Program-made: the position numbers and the translations under genes | Assembly: GCA_965246715.1 (NCBI GenBank) | Contig: CBDFFH010000015.1 | Span: 256,001 to 320,000, forward strand | Direction: 5' to 3' | From: Chamaesiphon sp. | GTDB lineage: Bacteria; Cyanobacteriota; Cyanobacteriia; Cyanobacteriales; Chamaesiphonaceae | Length of the DNA stretch: 64,000 nucleotides | Part shown: positions 30,888 to 40,939 of the stretch, one piece after another | Layout: every line of letters begins with the position of its first letter | Numbering within the stretch: position 1 is the first letter of the stretch | Notes under the pieces: generated by a model | The model's input: only the letters and a program-made list of their open reading frames with translations | The model's database searches: none | Told to the model about the DNA's origin: nothing

Positions 30888-32036
30888 ATGCTACTTTCTA
30901 AAGGATTTGAAATTGAGGTCTACACGGGCACTCCCCAAGGAGAGATTGTCGGTTTGTCCGATCGAATTGTGGCAGATTTAGATGGGTTTATCACCGAGCC
31001 GGATAGTCGCAATGTCGAATATACAACTGCCCCCTTCAATTCTTACGAACGGTTACTGTGTGCGTTAGTCTTACCCCGGCGAAAATTGCGCGCCTATCTC
31101 CAGCAGCTCGGTGACTATACGCTGATTCCTGGTAGTACATTATCTTTAAGCGGTACCGACAAATTTTATCGTTCCGACCCAAATAATCCCTACCATACTT
31201 ATATCGAACAGACTTACGGCACGAATGTAGTGACTGCGAGCGTCCATATCAATATCGGCATCAGCGATCCAGAATTATTAATGCGGGCTTGTCGATTGGT
31301 GAGACTTGAAGCCCCCCTCTACTTAGCACTTAGTGCAGCTTCGCCATTTATCGATGGTAAGCCAACTGGCTATCATTCCACCCGCTGGGGCGTATTTCCG
31401 AAAACACCCCAACATGTCCCGTTATTTGAAAGTCACGCACATCATATTAAATGGGTAAACGAGCAACTGGCACAAGGGACGATGCAAAATGTCCGCCACC
31501 TCTGGTCTGCCATCCGGCCTAATGGCGATCGCCGCCCCTACAACCTCAATCGGCTCGAATTGAGAATTTGCGATCTAATTATCGATCCGATCGCCTTACT
31601 CGCCGTTACATCATTGATTGAGGCAAGATTGTGGCAACTCATCAACGACCCGACGCTCGATCCACTGGTGATGAGTACTTTACCCGCCCATAACCGAGCG
31701 GAAGAATTAGTCCAAATAGCAGATGCCAATGAAATGGCTGTCGCCAAATCTAGCCTCGATGCAACTTTACGTCATTGGCAAGATGGTCGATCGATTACTG
31801 CTAGCGACTGGATCGAAGAACTCTATGCCGAAGTCAGTCCGATCGCCAAACAACGTGGCTTCCTGTGCTTTTTATCCCCAGTTAAGAAAATCCTCCGGGA
31901 AGGAAATACCGCCCAACAATGGTTGCGGATGTACGACAAAACAGGTGACGCTCGATCGGTTATCGTTCAAGCCATCGCAGATGTCGAACGGCAGGAAATC
32001 GAACTCGATCGCTATCTCTGTCAAACTGTTGCTTAA
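30888..32036 (+). CDS. gshA: Glutamate-cysteine ligase, cyanobacterial type
   Basis: MLLSKGFEIE, EPDSRNVEYTT, SVHINIG and NRLELRICD motifs. Confidence 0.9.
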   Translation: MLLSKGFEIEVYTGTPQGEIVGLSDRIVADLDGFITEPDSRNVEYTTAPFNSYERLLCALVLPRRKLRAYLQQLGDYTLIPGSTLSLSGTDKFYRSDPNNPYHTYIEQTYGTNVVTASVHINIGISDPELLMRACRLVRLEAPLYLALSAASPFIDGKPTGYHSTRWGVFPKTPQHVPLFESHAHHIKWVNEQLAQGTMQNVRHLWSAIRPNGDRRPYNLNRLELRICDLIIDPIALLAVTSLIEARLWQLINDPTLDPLVMSTLPAHNRAEELVQIADANEMAVAKSSLDATLRHWQDGRSITASDWIEELYAEVSPIAKQRGFLCFLSPVKKILREGNTAQQWLRMYDKTGDARSVIVQAIADVERQEIELDRYLCQTVA

Positions 32037-32141
32037 TTCACGTCCACACTAGTTGTTCCGTTATCAGCTGCACGTTCCTTTTGTCTTCTACACGGTCTTG
32101 TCCAAATAAATAAGGACTGACTGGTTAAAGCGGAGATCTGA

Positions 32142-32412
32142 GGGTACCCACAAGGGGCACCCCCTACACAATTAACCTGTAACAGGGTGGATTAATTGTC
32201 GGGGAATAAAATCTACAACCCTAGTATTTAGTCTTCAACCGCCCTGAAATGAATTTCGGGCTAACAGCAAAAGTTCATTTCATGAACTAAGATATTTTTC
32301 TTTGAGGACTATTAATCCACCCTGCTACACAATTAACCTGTAGGGGTGTCCCTTGTGGTTACCATGAATCCATACCACGCAAAAGTATGTTTGAACTGGT
32401 GCAAGATGTGAG
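32142..32412. mobile_element. Family C element (palindrome arms plus right TIR), split by a nested MITE
   Basis: gggtacccacaaggggcacccc..ggggtgtcccttgtggttacc and tggtgcaagatgtgag match 20118-20272; left TIR not clearly seen. Confidence 0.75.
32183..32324. mobile_element. 142-bp MITE with CAGGGTG ends and 18-19-bp target duplication
   Basis: TIRs cagggtggattaattgtc / gactattaatccaccctg (17/18 match); DR ctacacaattaacctgta at 32164-32181 and 32325-32342. Confidence 0.88.
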
Positions 32413-32662
32413 TCTTCTTACTCAACCTCTTTACCTAGAAGCTATTTATATTCCGCTCAACTCACTCGCCGAATTGTAACGAAATAGATATGAAATTCAA
32501 ATATATCGACCGAGCTTGCCAAATATAAAGAAAATCTATATATTATTTCGAGTCAACGATCTCGATCGACTAGTCATAATCGAGAGCCGGTAGGTATTAG
32601 CGGTATTTTCCCGACGCTCGATCGACTCAGCCTCAGTTTTCCTGTCAGCCGATTTTGAAGTT

Positions 32663-33118
32663 ATGCCCCAGATAGTTTTAGTCAATCCTCAGATTCCACC
32701 CAATACTGGCAATATCGCCCGCACATGCGCTGCCACTCGTACCAAATTGCACTTGGTCGGCCCGCTCGGCTTTGAAATCACCGATCGCTACCTCAAACGC
32801 GCTGGATTAGATTACTGGCCTTACGTACAGCTCCAAATTCACGATTCGATCGAGACATTTATCGAATTTCGACTCCAACAGCCTGGACGCTGGGTGGGAT
32901 TTAGCGTTCGGGGAACCTGCAGCCATTTTAAATTTCAGTTTCAAGCCGATGATTGGCTGTTATTTGGCAGTGAAACTAACGGACTGCCAGCAGAAATTAT
33001 CGATCGCTGCGATGCAACTGTGTATATTCCGACGATCGAGCCAGGGGTCAGAAGTCTCAATCTCTCTGTCAGTGCTGCTGTCGGACTCTTTGAAGCTCAG
33101 CGGCAGTTGAGCGTGTAA
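32663..33118 (+). CDS. trmL: tRNA (cytidine(34)-2'-O)-methyltransferase
   Basis: PQIPPNTGNIAR, KRAGLDYW, FGSETNGL and RSLNLS motifs. Confidence 0.95.
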   Translation: MPQIVLVNPQIPPNTGNIARTCAATRTKLHLVGPLGFEITDRYLKRAGLDYWPYVQLQIHDSIETFIEFRLQQPGRWVGFSVRGTCSHFKFQFQADDWLLFGSETNGLPAEIIDRCDATVYIPTIEPGVRSLNLSVSAAVGLFEAQRQLSV

Positions 33119-33823
33119 TCGGTTGTCAGTGACGGTAGACATTAGTTGGCCAGACAGCAAAAAATCAGCGGATTTAGATAAGAAATTTATATCATCGATC
33201 GGTTAGATTCATCGCAATGAAATTTGTGATTGCTTATTTATTAGCTCGGCAACTCGCTGGATAATCGAGACAGAAAGCATCCAGATTAAAAAAATATCGT
33301 AGTTGTTGATACCAGAAATTAGTTGACAAAATTCCCCTGCGTAGATTCACGGTTGTCGATTGAGTAATTTGTTGTTTAAAGTCATGTTAATTCATGTTTA
33401 GCCGCTCAGAGTGACGACAGCAAGCCAATCTAGCTGCACGATTAAAAACTAATTTAGATCGATATTTATGCTCTCAAAGCCTGTGTTCGTCTAGCTTAGA
33501 ACACCATCTACTCACCCTGAAAATGAACTTAAATCACCGATCGATCTAAAAAAAACTTGCAAATTTTTGCATCATCACCTAAAGTAGCTTAAGCAGTCAG
33601 GGATCGCTACCTACCAACGCCAATTTAAAGGTTTTGTTAGACTAGATCTAAAAATTGACTGGCACTACAAATACTCGATCGTTTTGTATTAATTACTCAA
33701 CTATCGTAGTTAACAATATTTATTTTTTGGTGAGAGAAGGAGCGAACGGTCGGAAAGCAATGAGTTAATTCAGACAAACTCAGCCAACTGGCTCAAATAG
33801 TACTCAAAATTAGGAGGTCATTT

Positions 33824-34825
33824 TTGTTGAAACCCGAAATTACACAGAAAGTCAAATTAGTTCATTCCCTGGACACTCATCAAGATGCGATGGCGAACCA
33901 GTCGTCCGTAGCAATTCCTGGGCAACCGTCAGGTTTGGCAAAACTTGCCTCTCTGTTTGGTAATCATCGGAGTCGCACTTCCACAATCATGCTTGGTTTG
34001 GCCGTCTCGATGGGGATATCTAGCTTCCCAACCAACTGTCTCGATGCGCTCGCACTAACGGAGACCGATCGAGCAGCAACTAGCTCGGTTAGTCCAAATG
34101 CTTCAGTCATAGATTCACAATCGAATCGGGTGACCACTGCCGATCCTTACGTAGAGCAGTTACATAGTGATATCTCAGGCATGAGAGCGCAGCACGAGCG
34201 TCAACCTGAAGTACTCATCGCTCAGGCGCTACCCACGACTTCTTATCCTTTATCAGTGGCCAATCGCACTGATGCTAATAATTTACAATTTGGTGGCGAA
34301 GCATCGGTATCGATCGACGTACCTGCACCAAGAACGAGAACTTTCAAGTTTGTACCTAATACCCAAGCTTACAATCCTAGTGTGAGTGGTGATGAGGGCT
34401 ATCAAGACAGCACTACTCCCACTAACAAATCTGGTGAAACCACGATCGGTTTTACTTGGCCTGCCGCAGGTACATTGACCTCTCGCTTCGGTCGACGGTG
34501 GGGTAGAATGCACAAGGGTATCGATATTGCTGGCCCCGTCGGTACGCCAATCAATGCCGCAGCTGATGGTACTGTCATCGCCGCTGGCTGGAGTTCTGGC
34601 GGTTATGGTAACTTAGTTGAAGTCAGACATAACGATGGTACCACCACGCGTTATGGGCACAATAGTCGGTTGTCGGTCAGCGTTGGTCAAATCGTTCGCC
34701 AAGGTCAACAAGTTGCAGAAATGGGCAGCACTGGTCACAGTACCGGATCTCACCTGCACTTTGAAATTCGCCCCAGTGGTGGTGATGCCGTCAATCCGAT
34801 CGCCCATCTTCCAGCTAATAGCTAA
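33824..34825 (+). CDS. M23-family peptidoglycan endopeptidase (NlpD-like)
   Basis: HKGID and STGSHLHFE motifs; AGGAGG RBS before TTG. Confidence 0.9.
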   Translation: MLKPEITQKVKLVHSLDTHQDAMANQSSVAIPGQPSGLAKLASLFGNHRSRTSTIMLGLAVSMGISSFPTNCLDALALTETDRAATSSVSPNASVIDSQSNRVTTADPYVEQLHSDISGMRAQHERQPEVLIAQALPTTSYPLSVANRTDANNLQFGGEASVSIDVPAPRTRTFKFVPNTQAYNPSVSGDEGYQDSTTPTNKSGETTIGFTWPAAGTLTSRFGRRWGRMHKGIDIAGPVGTPINAAADGTVIAAGWSSGGYGNLVEVRHNDGTTTRYGHNSRLSVSVGQIVRQGQQVAEMGSTGHSTGSHLHFEIRPSGGDAVNPIAHLPANS

Positions 34826-34960
34826 TTCGATGGCTTTTGTGTTGTCATGTTAATGCGCTGCTAGATAAATCTCGATCGAATTACTCGTTCCAAACTTATT
34901 TGGCAGCAAATGTAACCAAACAACATTTTTAATGCTATGATGGTATACGTTAAATAACAC

Positions 34961-35033
34961 GGCTCAATAGCTCAGTCGGTAGAGTAGGGGACTCATAAGC
35001 CCTTGGTCGTCAGTTCAAGTCTGACTTGAGCCA
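34961..35033 (+). tRNA. trnM: tRNA-Met(CAT), elongator type
   Basis: GGCTCAATAGCTCAGTCGGTAGAGTAGGGGACTCATAAGCCCTTGGTCGTCAGTTCAAGTCTGACTTGAGCCA; G1-C72 pair; CCA not encoded. Confidence 0.92.
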
Positions 35034-35086
35034 TACCAAATTGAAGTACCAGTAGTAATCATCCTAGCCTGAAATATTCAGTTAAG

Positions 35087-36214
35087 ATGTTACGGCTGGT
35101 ACTTTCTTTACATTTATTTTTATCAAAATCGATCGGCACATTGGCGGAAAACTTTCGATCGGAATTAGAGCTTTCTTGGCTAGGTCGAGCGAGCGATCTG
35201 GTGACCGCATTTGCCTGGTCGCCTGCTGGAGATAGCTGGGCAGCAAGTTCGGCCAATGGCGAAGCGCTCTGGAATATTGGCGGTGGCGAATTAGATTTTT
35301 TAAGGCAAGCAGATGGGCGGTCGATCGACAAAATTGCCTTTAGTGCGGATGGTCGCTGGCTAGCAGCAGGCGGGCAAGCCGGAAAATTATGGGTGTGGAA
35401 TTGTGAAGATCTCCAGTTACCGCCACAGCTAGTTGCGACAATCGAGATCGATCGCTGGATCGAGCAACTAGTTTGGCACCCGACTACCGCCCATTTAGCC
35501 ATAAGTCACGATCGCCACGTCAAGATTTGGGAGGCGATCGCCGATCGCGAAATTGGCAATTGGCAATTCGATAAATCTTCCGTCTTCGATCTGAGCTGGC
35601 ATCCGGCTGGATTAACCCTCGCCGTAGCTGGCTACAAAGGTGTCCAAAGCTGGTCTCCTGGAGCTAATGCCTCCCAGATCGCTCGGCTAGAAGTAGACAC
35701 AGCGAGTATTAAGCTAGCTTGGTCTGATGACGGTCGGTATCTCGCTACAGGCAATCTCGATCGCACCCTGACGATTAGGGACGAGCAGCATCCAGACGAC
35801 CCCTGGATTTTACAAGGCTGCCCTGGCAAAATTCACCATCTCCACTGGCTCGAGGGAACGACTAGCCCTTGTTTGGCGGTGGCTGGGGGGACGGCGCTGC
35901 TGCTATGGGATTTGAGTCCAGATACTACCGCTTGGAGCGGTCGGTTTGGGGAGGGGCATCAAAGCACTATTACCGCACTCACCACACATCCCCAGCTTGC
36001 TGTCCCGACATCTGGAGATAATGATGGCTATGTTTGCCTGTGGTCGGTTGCGGGAGAAATCGAACAAATTTTCAGGAATAACGTCAGTGGAATTACGACG
36101 CTCGACTGGCACGGTTGCGGCCAGCAGCTGGCGATCGGACATCTCAGTGGCGAGATCGCAATTATGGGTGGCGGCATCAGCATAAATACTGATGATGAGG
36201 CCAAATTAGTATGA
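35087..36214 (+). CDS. WD40-repeat protein
   Basis: Repeated AWSP/AFSADG/WHP blades ending W(D/E/S); start uncertain. Confidence 0.85.
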   Translation: MLRLVLSLHLFLSKSIGTLAENFRSELELSWLGRASDLVTAFAWSPAGDSWAASSANGEALWNIGGGELDFLRQADGRSIDKIAFSADGRWLAAGGQAGKLWVWNCEDLQLPPQLVATIEIDRWIEQLVWHPTTAHLAISHDRHVKIWEAIADREIGNWQFDKSSVFDLSWHPAGLTLAVAGYKGVQSWSPGANASQIARLEVDTASIKLAWSDDGRYLATGNLDRTLTIRDEQHPDDPWILQGCPGKIHHLHWLEGTTSPCLAVAGGTALLLWDLSPDTTAWSGRFGEGHQSTITALTTHPQLAVPTSGDNDGYVCLWSVAGEIEQIFRNNVSGITTLDWHGCGQQLAIGHLSGEIAIMGGGISINTDDEAKLV

Positions 36215-36544
36215 TAAAATGTCAGTATAAGTGTAACACGTTGTCTGCTAGGTTGAATCTAGATTGAGATGTATCATGTTATTCGCAAGCGTAGCGATGA
36301 CAATTACATCAGCTTGGATGATAGGCAGATGATGTAGGCCACGTCCCTCTTTGCTCTATGCCAATCGATCGAAAGATGTAGGCAGAATTTAATTCAAACA
36401 TCCTCTCGCAAGTAACCGATTACTCAACTTTCTTGGGTGAAGATCGGTTAACAGCAAGATTGACTGTTCGACAAAATCTAGTCGAGCTAAAGGATCTAAG
36501 CGAGCTTATCGTAACTAAGAAACCTCCATTTTGAAAGAGTTAAT

Positions 36545-37978
36545 TTGAAGATGTTAAAAATTTGGCTTACCTGGTTACAACCTAGTCTTGGCATACTGGG
36601 AGTAGTGTTAGTTTTGGCTAGCCCCCTCTACTCATTGGCCGCACAAAAACCAAGCACAGCCAGCCGTGCGAACAAAGCAATCCCATCGAAAACCATTGAG
36701 ACAGAATTACCCTTGGCTGGTATCGCTGCGACCCCAGACTTGGCGGTGCGGCAACTCGCGATCGGCGCGATGAACCAAACTAGCGATCGCTCGAATGTAT
36801 TGGCAGCTAAAAGTAGACAACAAAGCAATCGCGATGCTTTAGATAGCTTTTTGGCACCATCAATATCTCAGGCGGCAGCAACCAAAACGACCAAACCAAA
36901 AGCTGTCAAACGTTCGGTTACAACCACAGCTTTAGCCCGAACGGTCAAAACTAAAACTACCGCCCCAGTCTCAGGCTTGTTTATCGGCAACAGCGACGTT
37001 CGTGTAGCTACTAGATTTTCCCCTAATTCCAGCCGAGCGGTTCAACCGATTGCTTCGAGTACAGAAATTGGCGCTCCAACTCCACTGTCAGCCATGATGG
37101 CAGCATCGAAGGTCGTCGATCCTTATCCAGTGGTTCGTCCAGAATTAATGCAAAAGTTGGCGAAAACTCCAGCACTTGCTACTGCACCAGTATCACAACC
37201 GCTCAACCCGATCGCAACTATCCCATTAGGGATGAATAAGGTGCAATCAACGCTCAAGCCGATGGCAACAACAGTGCCATCGATCGCCAACAAGGCACCA
37301 CAAGCGTTCAAGCCTACTGTTACTACTAAAGTAACTAGAGAAGTAACACATTCGCTCGACCCAATCGCCAAAATTCCTTCCGGCTTCCATCAAGAGGTGC
37401 CACATTCTCTCGATCCGATTGCGTCGATACCTTCGGGACTGCAACGCTTATTGGGTAACAACCTGAATAACGATCGTCCAGTTGCTCCCATTCGTGTAGC
37501 TAAGGCAAACGTTGCAAAAGCTAATCCATTGAAAGCTAAATCATTGTTAGCGCTCAATCAGCTCATCGCCCCCACCACAGCACCAGAAATTGCTAGTGGT
37601 TTGACCCTCAAATTAGCTACAGCGCAAGCATACACCAGCGTACCAAAATTTGATATTCCTGGCGAACGGCTCTCATCTGTGACTCTTGCCAAACCCGCTA
37701 CTGCGGTTACATCGGCTAAGCGCTTACAAAAACTAGCGCTCATCGCAACAGTCCAACGGAAGAGCAACTACGTAACCCTAATGACCGCGCGTCGCTTAGA
37801 GTCCAATCCGAAATCATCTTGGACGCTAATCGGACAACGCAACAATTTGGGCGGTTTGATTTTAGGATCGCAACCACAAACCACACTGACTAGCAGAATT
37901 GGCTTGGAACCAACGAGTGAAGTCAAAACTACCGTTGCCGATCGATTGTCTGGTATCCGTCAATCGCCGATTAACTAA
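36545..37978 (+). CDS. Hypothetical exported Ala/Thr/Pro/Lys-rich protein with internal repeats
   Basis: Hydrophobic N-terminus; repeats LNPIATIPLG / LDPIAKIPSG / LDPIASIPSG. Confidence 0.7.
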   Translation: MKMLKIWLTWLQPSLGILGVVLVLASPLYSLAAQKPSTASRANKAIPSKTIETELPLAGIAATPDLAVRQLAIGAMNQTSDRSNVLAAKSRQQSNRDALDSFLAPSISQAAATKTTKPKAVKRSVTTTALARTVKTKTTAPVSGLFIGNSDVRVATRFSPNSSRAVQPIASSTEIGAPTPLSAMMAASKVVDPYPVVRPELMQKLAKTPALATAPVSQPLNPIATIPLGMNKVQSTLKPMATTVPSIANKAPQAFKPTVTTKVTREVTHSLDPIAKIPSGFHQEVPHSLDPIASIPSGLQRLLGNNLNNDRPVAPIRVAKANVAKANPLKAKSLLALNQLIAPTTAPEIASGLTLKLATAQAYTSVPKFDIPGERLSSVTLAKPATAVTSAKRLQKLALIATVQRKSNYVTLMTARRLESNPKSSWTLIGQRNNLGGLILGSQPQTTLTSRIGLEPTSEVKTTVADRLSGIRQSPIN

Positions 37979-38005
37979 CACACATTCATAATACCAAATC
38001 AACTT

Positions 38006-38043
38006 AAATCTGCTGTAACGCTCGCGAGCGTTACAGCAGATTT
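38006..38043. repeat. Perfect 38-bp palindrome, possible terminator
   Basis: aaatctgctgtaacgctcg|cgagcgttacagcagattt. Confidence 0.8.
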
Positions 38044-38164
38044 GCTTTGGAGCAACACAAATCGGCTGGAATATCTCTAGCTATTTTCACTGTCCCGATC
38101 GATCGAGTTACATTGCTTCATATCAATCGCACTTGGGGCCTCGATCGCCTATACTAGATTCGCT

Positions 38165-38593
38165 ATGAACGATCGCATCGAACGAATTGAATCTGTAAAG
38201 GCCGGCAGTCTCAGTGGGATTGCCACGGGTATGGCTTATGGTGCGATATTGGGACTCGATCGCCTTGTATTCAGTCGACACTCTGGCGCGTTAAGTAGTG
38301 TGGCTTTAGAAGTCGCGATCGCCATCACAGGGGGCTTTTTATTTGGTGTTACCTACCGCTACATCATTCGGACCGATCGCAACGATCATCTCAACTCTGG
38401 TGCGGTACTCGCCTTTGGGTTAGTTCGAGGTTTGGCACAGGTCAACGTTCGCGACGTAGAGATGTCACAGATCGGGTTGAATAGCCTCACTGTGGCTGAG
38501 AATATTTTGCTATTTACGATCGCGCGCCATACACTCGATTATGCACTAGCGGCTCGCTGGATTTTGCCGTTTAAATCTTCATCGCTGGAGTGA
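38165..38593 (+). CDS. Conserved cyanobacterial membrane protein
   Basis: ERIESVKAG, LFGVTYRYIIR and GAVLAFGLVRGLA motifs. Confidence 0.75.
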   Translation: MNDRIERIESVKAGSLSGIATGMAYGAILGLDRLVFSRHSGALSSVALEVAIAITGGFLFGVTYRYIIRTDRNDHLNSGAVLAFGLVRGLAQVNVRDVEMSQIGLNSLTVAENILLFTIARHTLDYALAARWILPFKSSSLE

Positions 38594-38658
38594 TTTAACA
38601 GACAGTGGATAGTTGTTTATAAATGTTAGTAAAGCGATTCGAGTTGAAATTTTAAGTA

Positions 38659-38964
38659 ACGTCAGTTCGGGTTAAGGATATTTGCTCCGTTCTCGCACCG
38701 CACTCGATTGAAATCGGTGCTAGTAGTGCAAAGTCCGCCTTCGCGGACTGAGAAAATAGTCCGCGAAGGCGGACTTTGCATCATGAACCGAGACTTCAGT
38801 CTCCGGGCTATTATTAACCCGAACTCCTAAGAACCAAAATTTTCCTACGCGACTAAACTAGATTCTGGGAGATGGTTCTAGCCTTCTCGCTACCGATTAG
38901 AAGTAAACCCCCTCTACCTGTTTCTTTCGTCCTTCCTGCGGCGCGCCCCATTGGAGACTCACGT
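38659..38964. mobile_element. Composite MITE-like element: family A copy plus extension ending GAGACTCACGT
   Basis: 38659-38826 is an inverted homolog of 2032-2204; the whole unit is flanked by duplicated TAAGTA (38653-38658, 38965-38970). Confidence 0.8.
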
Positions 38965-38980
38965 TAAGTACGGTAGCGAG

Positions 38981-40105
38981 TTAGTCCCATAATCGGCGAC
39001 CTTCGCTAGTGTGCAATCGATCGTGTGTATCGGCTAATAGCGCGGGGATATTCAACTCATGCGGACAACGGGGCAAACAATCGCCACATTCATTACACCG
39101 ATTTGCTTTCATGCCTGGAAACCAATGTCCGACATTTTCAAACATCCGATAGCGATATTGCCCATAGTCAGTTAGATCGTAGGCGATCGCCAGATTTCGC
39201 AGGCGTAAAACTTCAGGAATATTAATCTGAGCGGGACAAGGCAAACAAGCATAACATTGACCGCACAAATCGGTATCGAGACTGGCTGGTAATTGTCGCT
39301 CTAACCGATCGATAATTGCAAGTTCACCATCAGTCAGTGGATCGTCGGCATCAGCAACAGCTAGCGCAGGATACAGCTCATCAGGATTAGCCGCACCCAA
39401 ACTCAGCGTCCCGATCCTGGGGTCAGCCAACAGCCAACGATAATTAAAAGCTAGTGGAGTTAATGGGTCACATAGTTGTGTTAGCTTTGGCGGTGGCGTG
39501 TAGAGTTTGCCACCTTTATCCGCAGGGGAGATGATAAATATCCCCATGTCATGCTTACTAGCTAACTCGATCGCTGGTGCCAACCGTTGGAAGAAGTAGT
39601 AATAATGCAGATTAATAAATTCAAATAGCTGTGTCTCGATCGCGGCCTTAATTAGCTCTAAACTCCCGTGAGTGGAAAAACCAACGTGTCTGACTTTACC
39701 GCACTCGATCGCGTCAGCAACAGCCTGGTAGCAGCCAGAGCGTACCCAATCTAAATGTTCTGGCGTGTTGATACCATGAATTGCCAGACAATCGATGTAA
39801 TCTAGCTGCAACCGCTCTAAAGATTCATCGATCCACTGAGCCATCACCGCGCGATCGGGTGTAGGCGGCAACTTGGTTGTAACATACAACTCAGCTCTCG
39901 GGACTGGTAACTCACGCTGGAGCGCCTGTCCTAGATAAGCTTCACTTTGCCCATAGCCCCGCGCCGTCTCGATATGGTTGATCCCACTGACGATCGCTCG
40001 ATGCACTGTTTGATAAGCTACTTCACTGTCAGCCAAACAGCGCATCGTCCCCAAGGAAAATGCGGATAGGAGTAGATTGGTTCGACCAAAACGACGGTAG
40101 TGCAA
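38981..40105 (-). CDS. Aldo/keto reductase with C-terminal 4Fe-4S dicluster
   Basis: GINHIETARGYG, CGQCYACLPCP and CNECGDCLPRCP motifs. Confidence 0.9.
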   Translation of the reverse strand: MHYRRFGRTNLLLSAFSLGTMRCLADSEVAYQTVHRAIVSGINHIETARGYGQSEAYLGQALQRELPVPRAELYVTTKLPPTPDRAVMAQWIDESLERLQLDYIDCLAIHGINTPEHLDWVRSGCYQAVADAIECGKVRHVGFSTHGSLELIKAAIETQLFEFINLHYYYFFQRLAPAIELASKHDMGIFIISPADKGGKLYTPPPKLTQLCDPLTPLAFNYRWLLADPRIGTLSLGAANPDELYPALAVADADDPLTDGELAIIDRLERQLPASLDTDLCGQCYACLPCPAQINIPEVLRLRNLAIAYDLTDYGQYRYRMFENVGHWFPGMKANRCNECGDCLPRCPHELNIPALLADTHDRLHTSEGRRLWD

Positions 40106-40277
40106 TTAATTAGTGGTGGCTAGTTCCGATCGCAACCGCCTCTGGTTAAATTCCCATCCTCTGCGTTGACAGATACTATGCGAACGCAGCGGTGCCCGTT
40201 GGTGAAGCCTTTCCGGCGGAATTAGGGCGGTGGGTAGGGACTACGCCGATCGGCAGGCATGGATGCGTATGTGGGTG

Positions 40278-40772
40278 TTACTGCGTGCAACCACCTTTGC
40301 GAATCAGGTCATCAGGGCTGAGATTGGAGACAAAGCTGCGAAAAGCTTGACGCTCTTGTTCGTCGGCATCCCGATCGACTGGAATCGAAGCATCGGCAAT
40401 CACTTCCTCGATCACCCAGATTGGTGCTTTGGTGCGGATGGCAACTGCGATCGCATCGCTCGGACGCGCATCGATTTCTTTAATTTGACCATTCTGATTG
40501 ATCACGATCGAGGCATAAAAAGTATTGTCTTGTAAGGAATCGATCGTAATCCGATCGACCTTGATGTCACAACTATCAAAGATATTTACAATCAGATCGT
40601 GGGTAAATGGTCTAGGTGGCGTTTGCTTTTCAAGTGCGTTGATAATCGCCTTTGCCTGGTCTTGGCTGATGTAGATGGGCAAAGCGCGGCGATCGGAAGC
40701 ATCTTTTAGTAAAATGATAGGACTCCGAGATACAGCATCTAATGCAATCCCCGCTACTTTCATTTCGATCAT
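40278..40772 (-). CDS. Bifunctional nuclease family protein (DUF151)
   Basis: LPIYI, PRPFTHDL and DARPSDAIAVA motifs. Confidence 0.9.
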   Translation of the reverse strand: MIEMKVAGIALDAVSRSPIILLKDASDRRALPIYISQDQAKAIINALEKQTPPRPFTHDLIVNIFDSCDIKVDRITIDSLQDNTFYASIVINQNGQIKEIDARPSDAIAVAIRTKAPIWVIEEVIADASIPVDRDADEQERQAFRSFVSNLSPDDLIRKGGCTQ

Positions 40773-40939
40773 GACTGTTACCTTTAGATAGTTGGTGGTT
40801 GAGAGTGTTAAAGTTTAAAATAAAATCTGAAATCGTAATTAATCCGAGCAGAACTTTAGACCTTTGGAATTAATGCGGATATGTATCAAGGATGGCCTAG
40901 AAACCATCGAATCGCGTATAGTACTTTGACTGAAAATAG

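Noticed and set aside
34961..36214. tRNA-Met as an island attachment site
   Set aside because: No duplicated tRNA 3' end was found, and there is no adjacent integrase.
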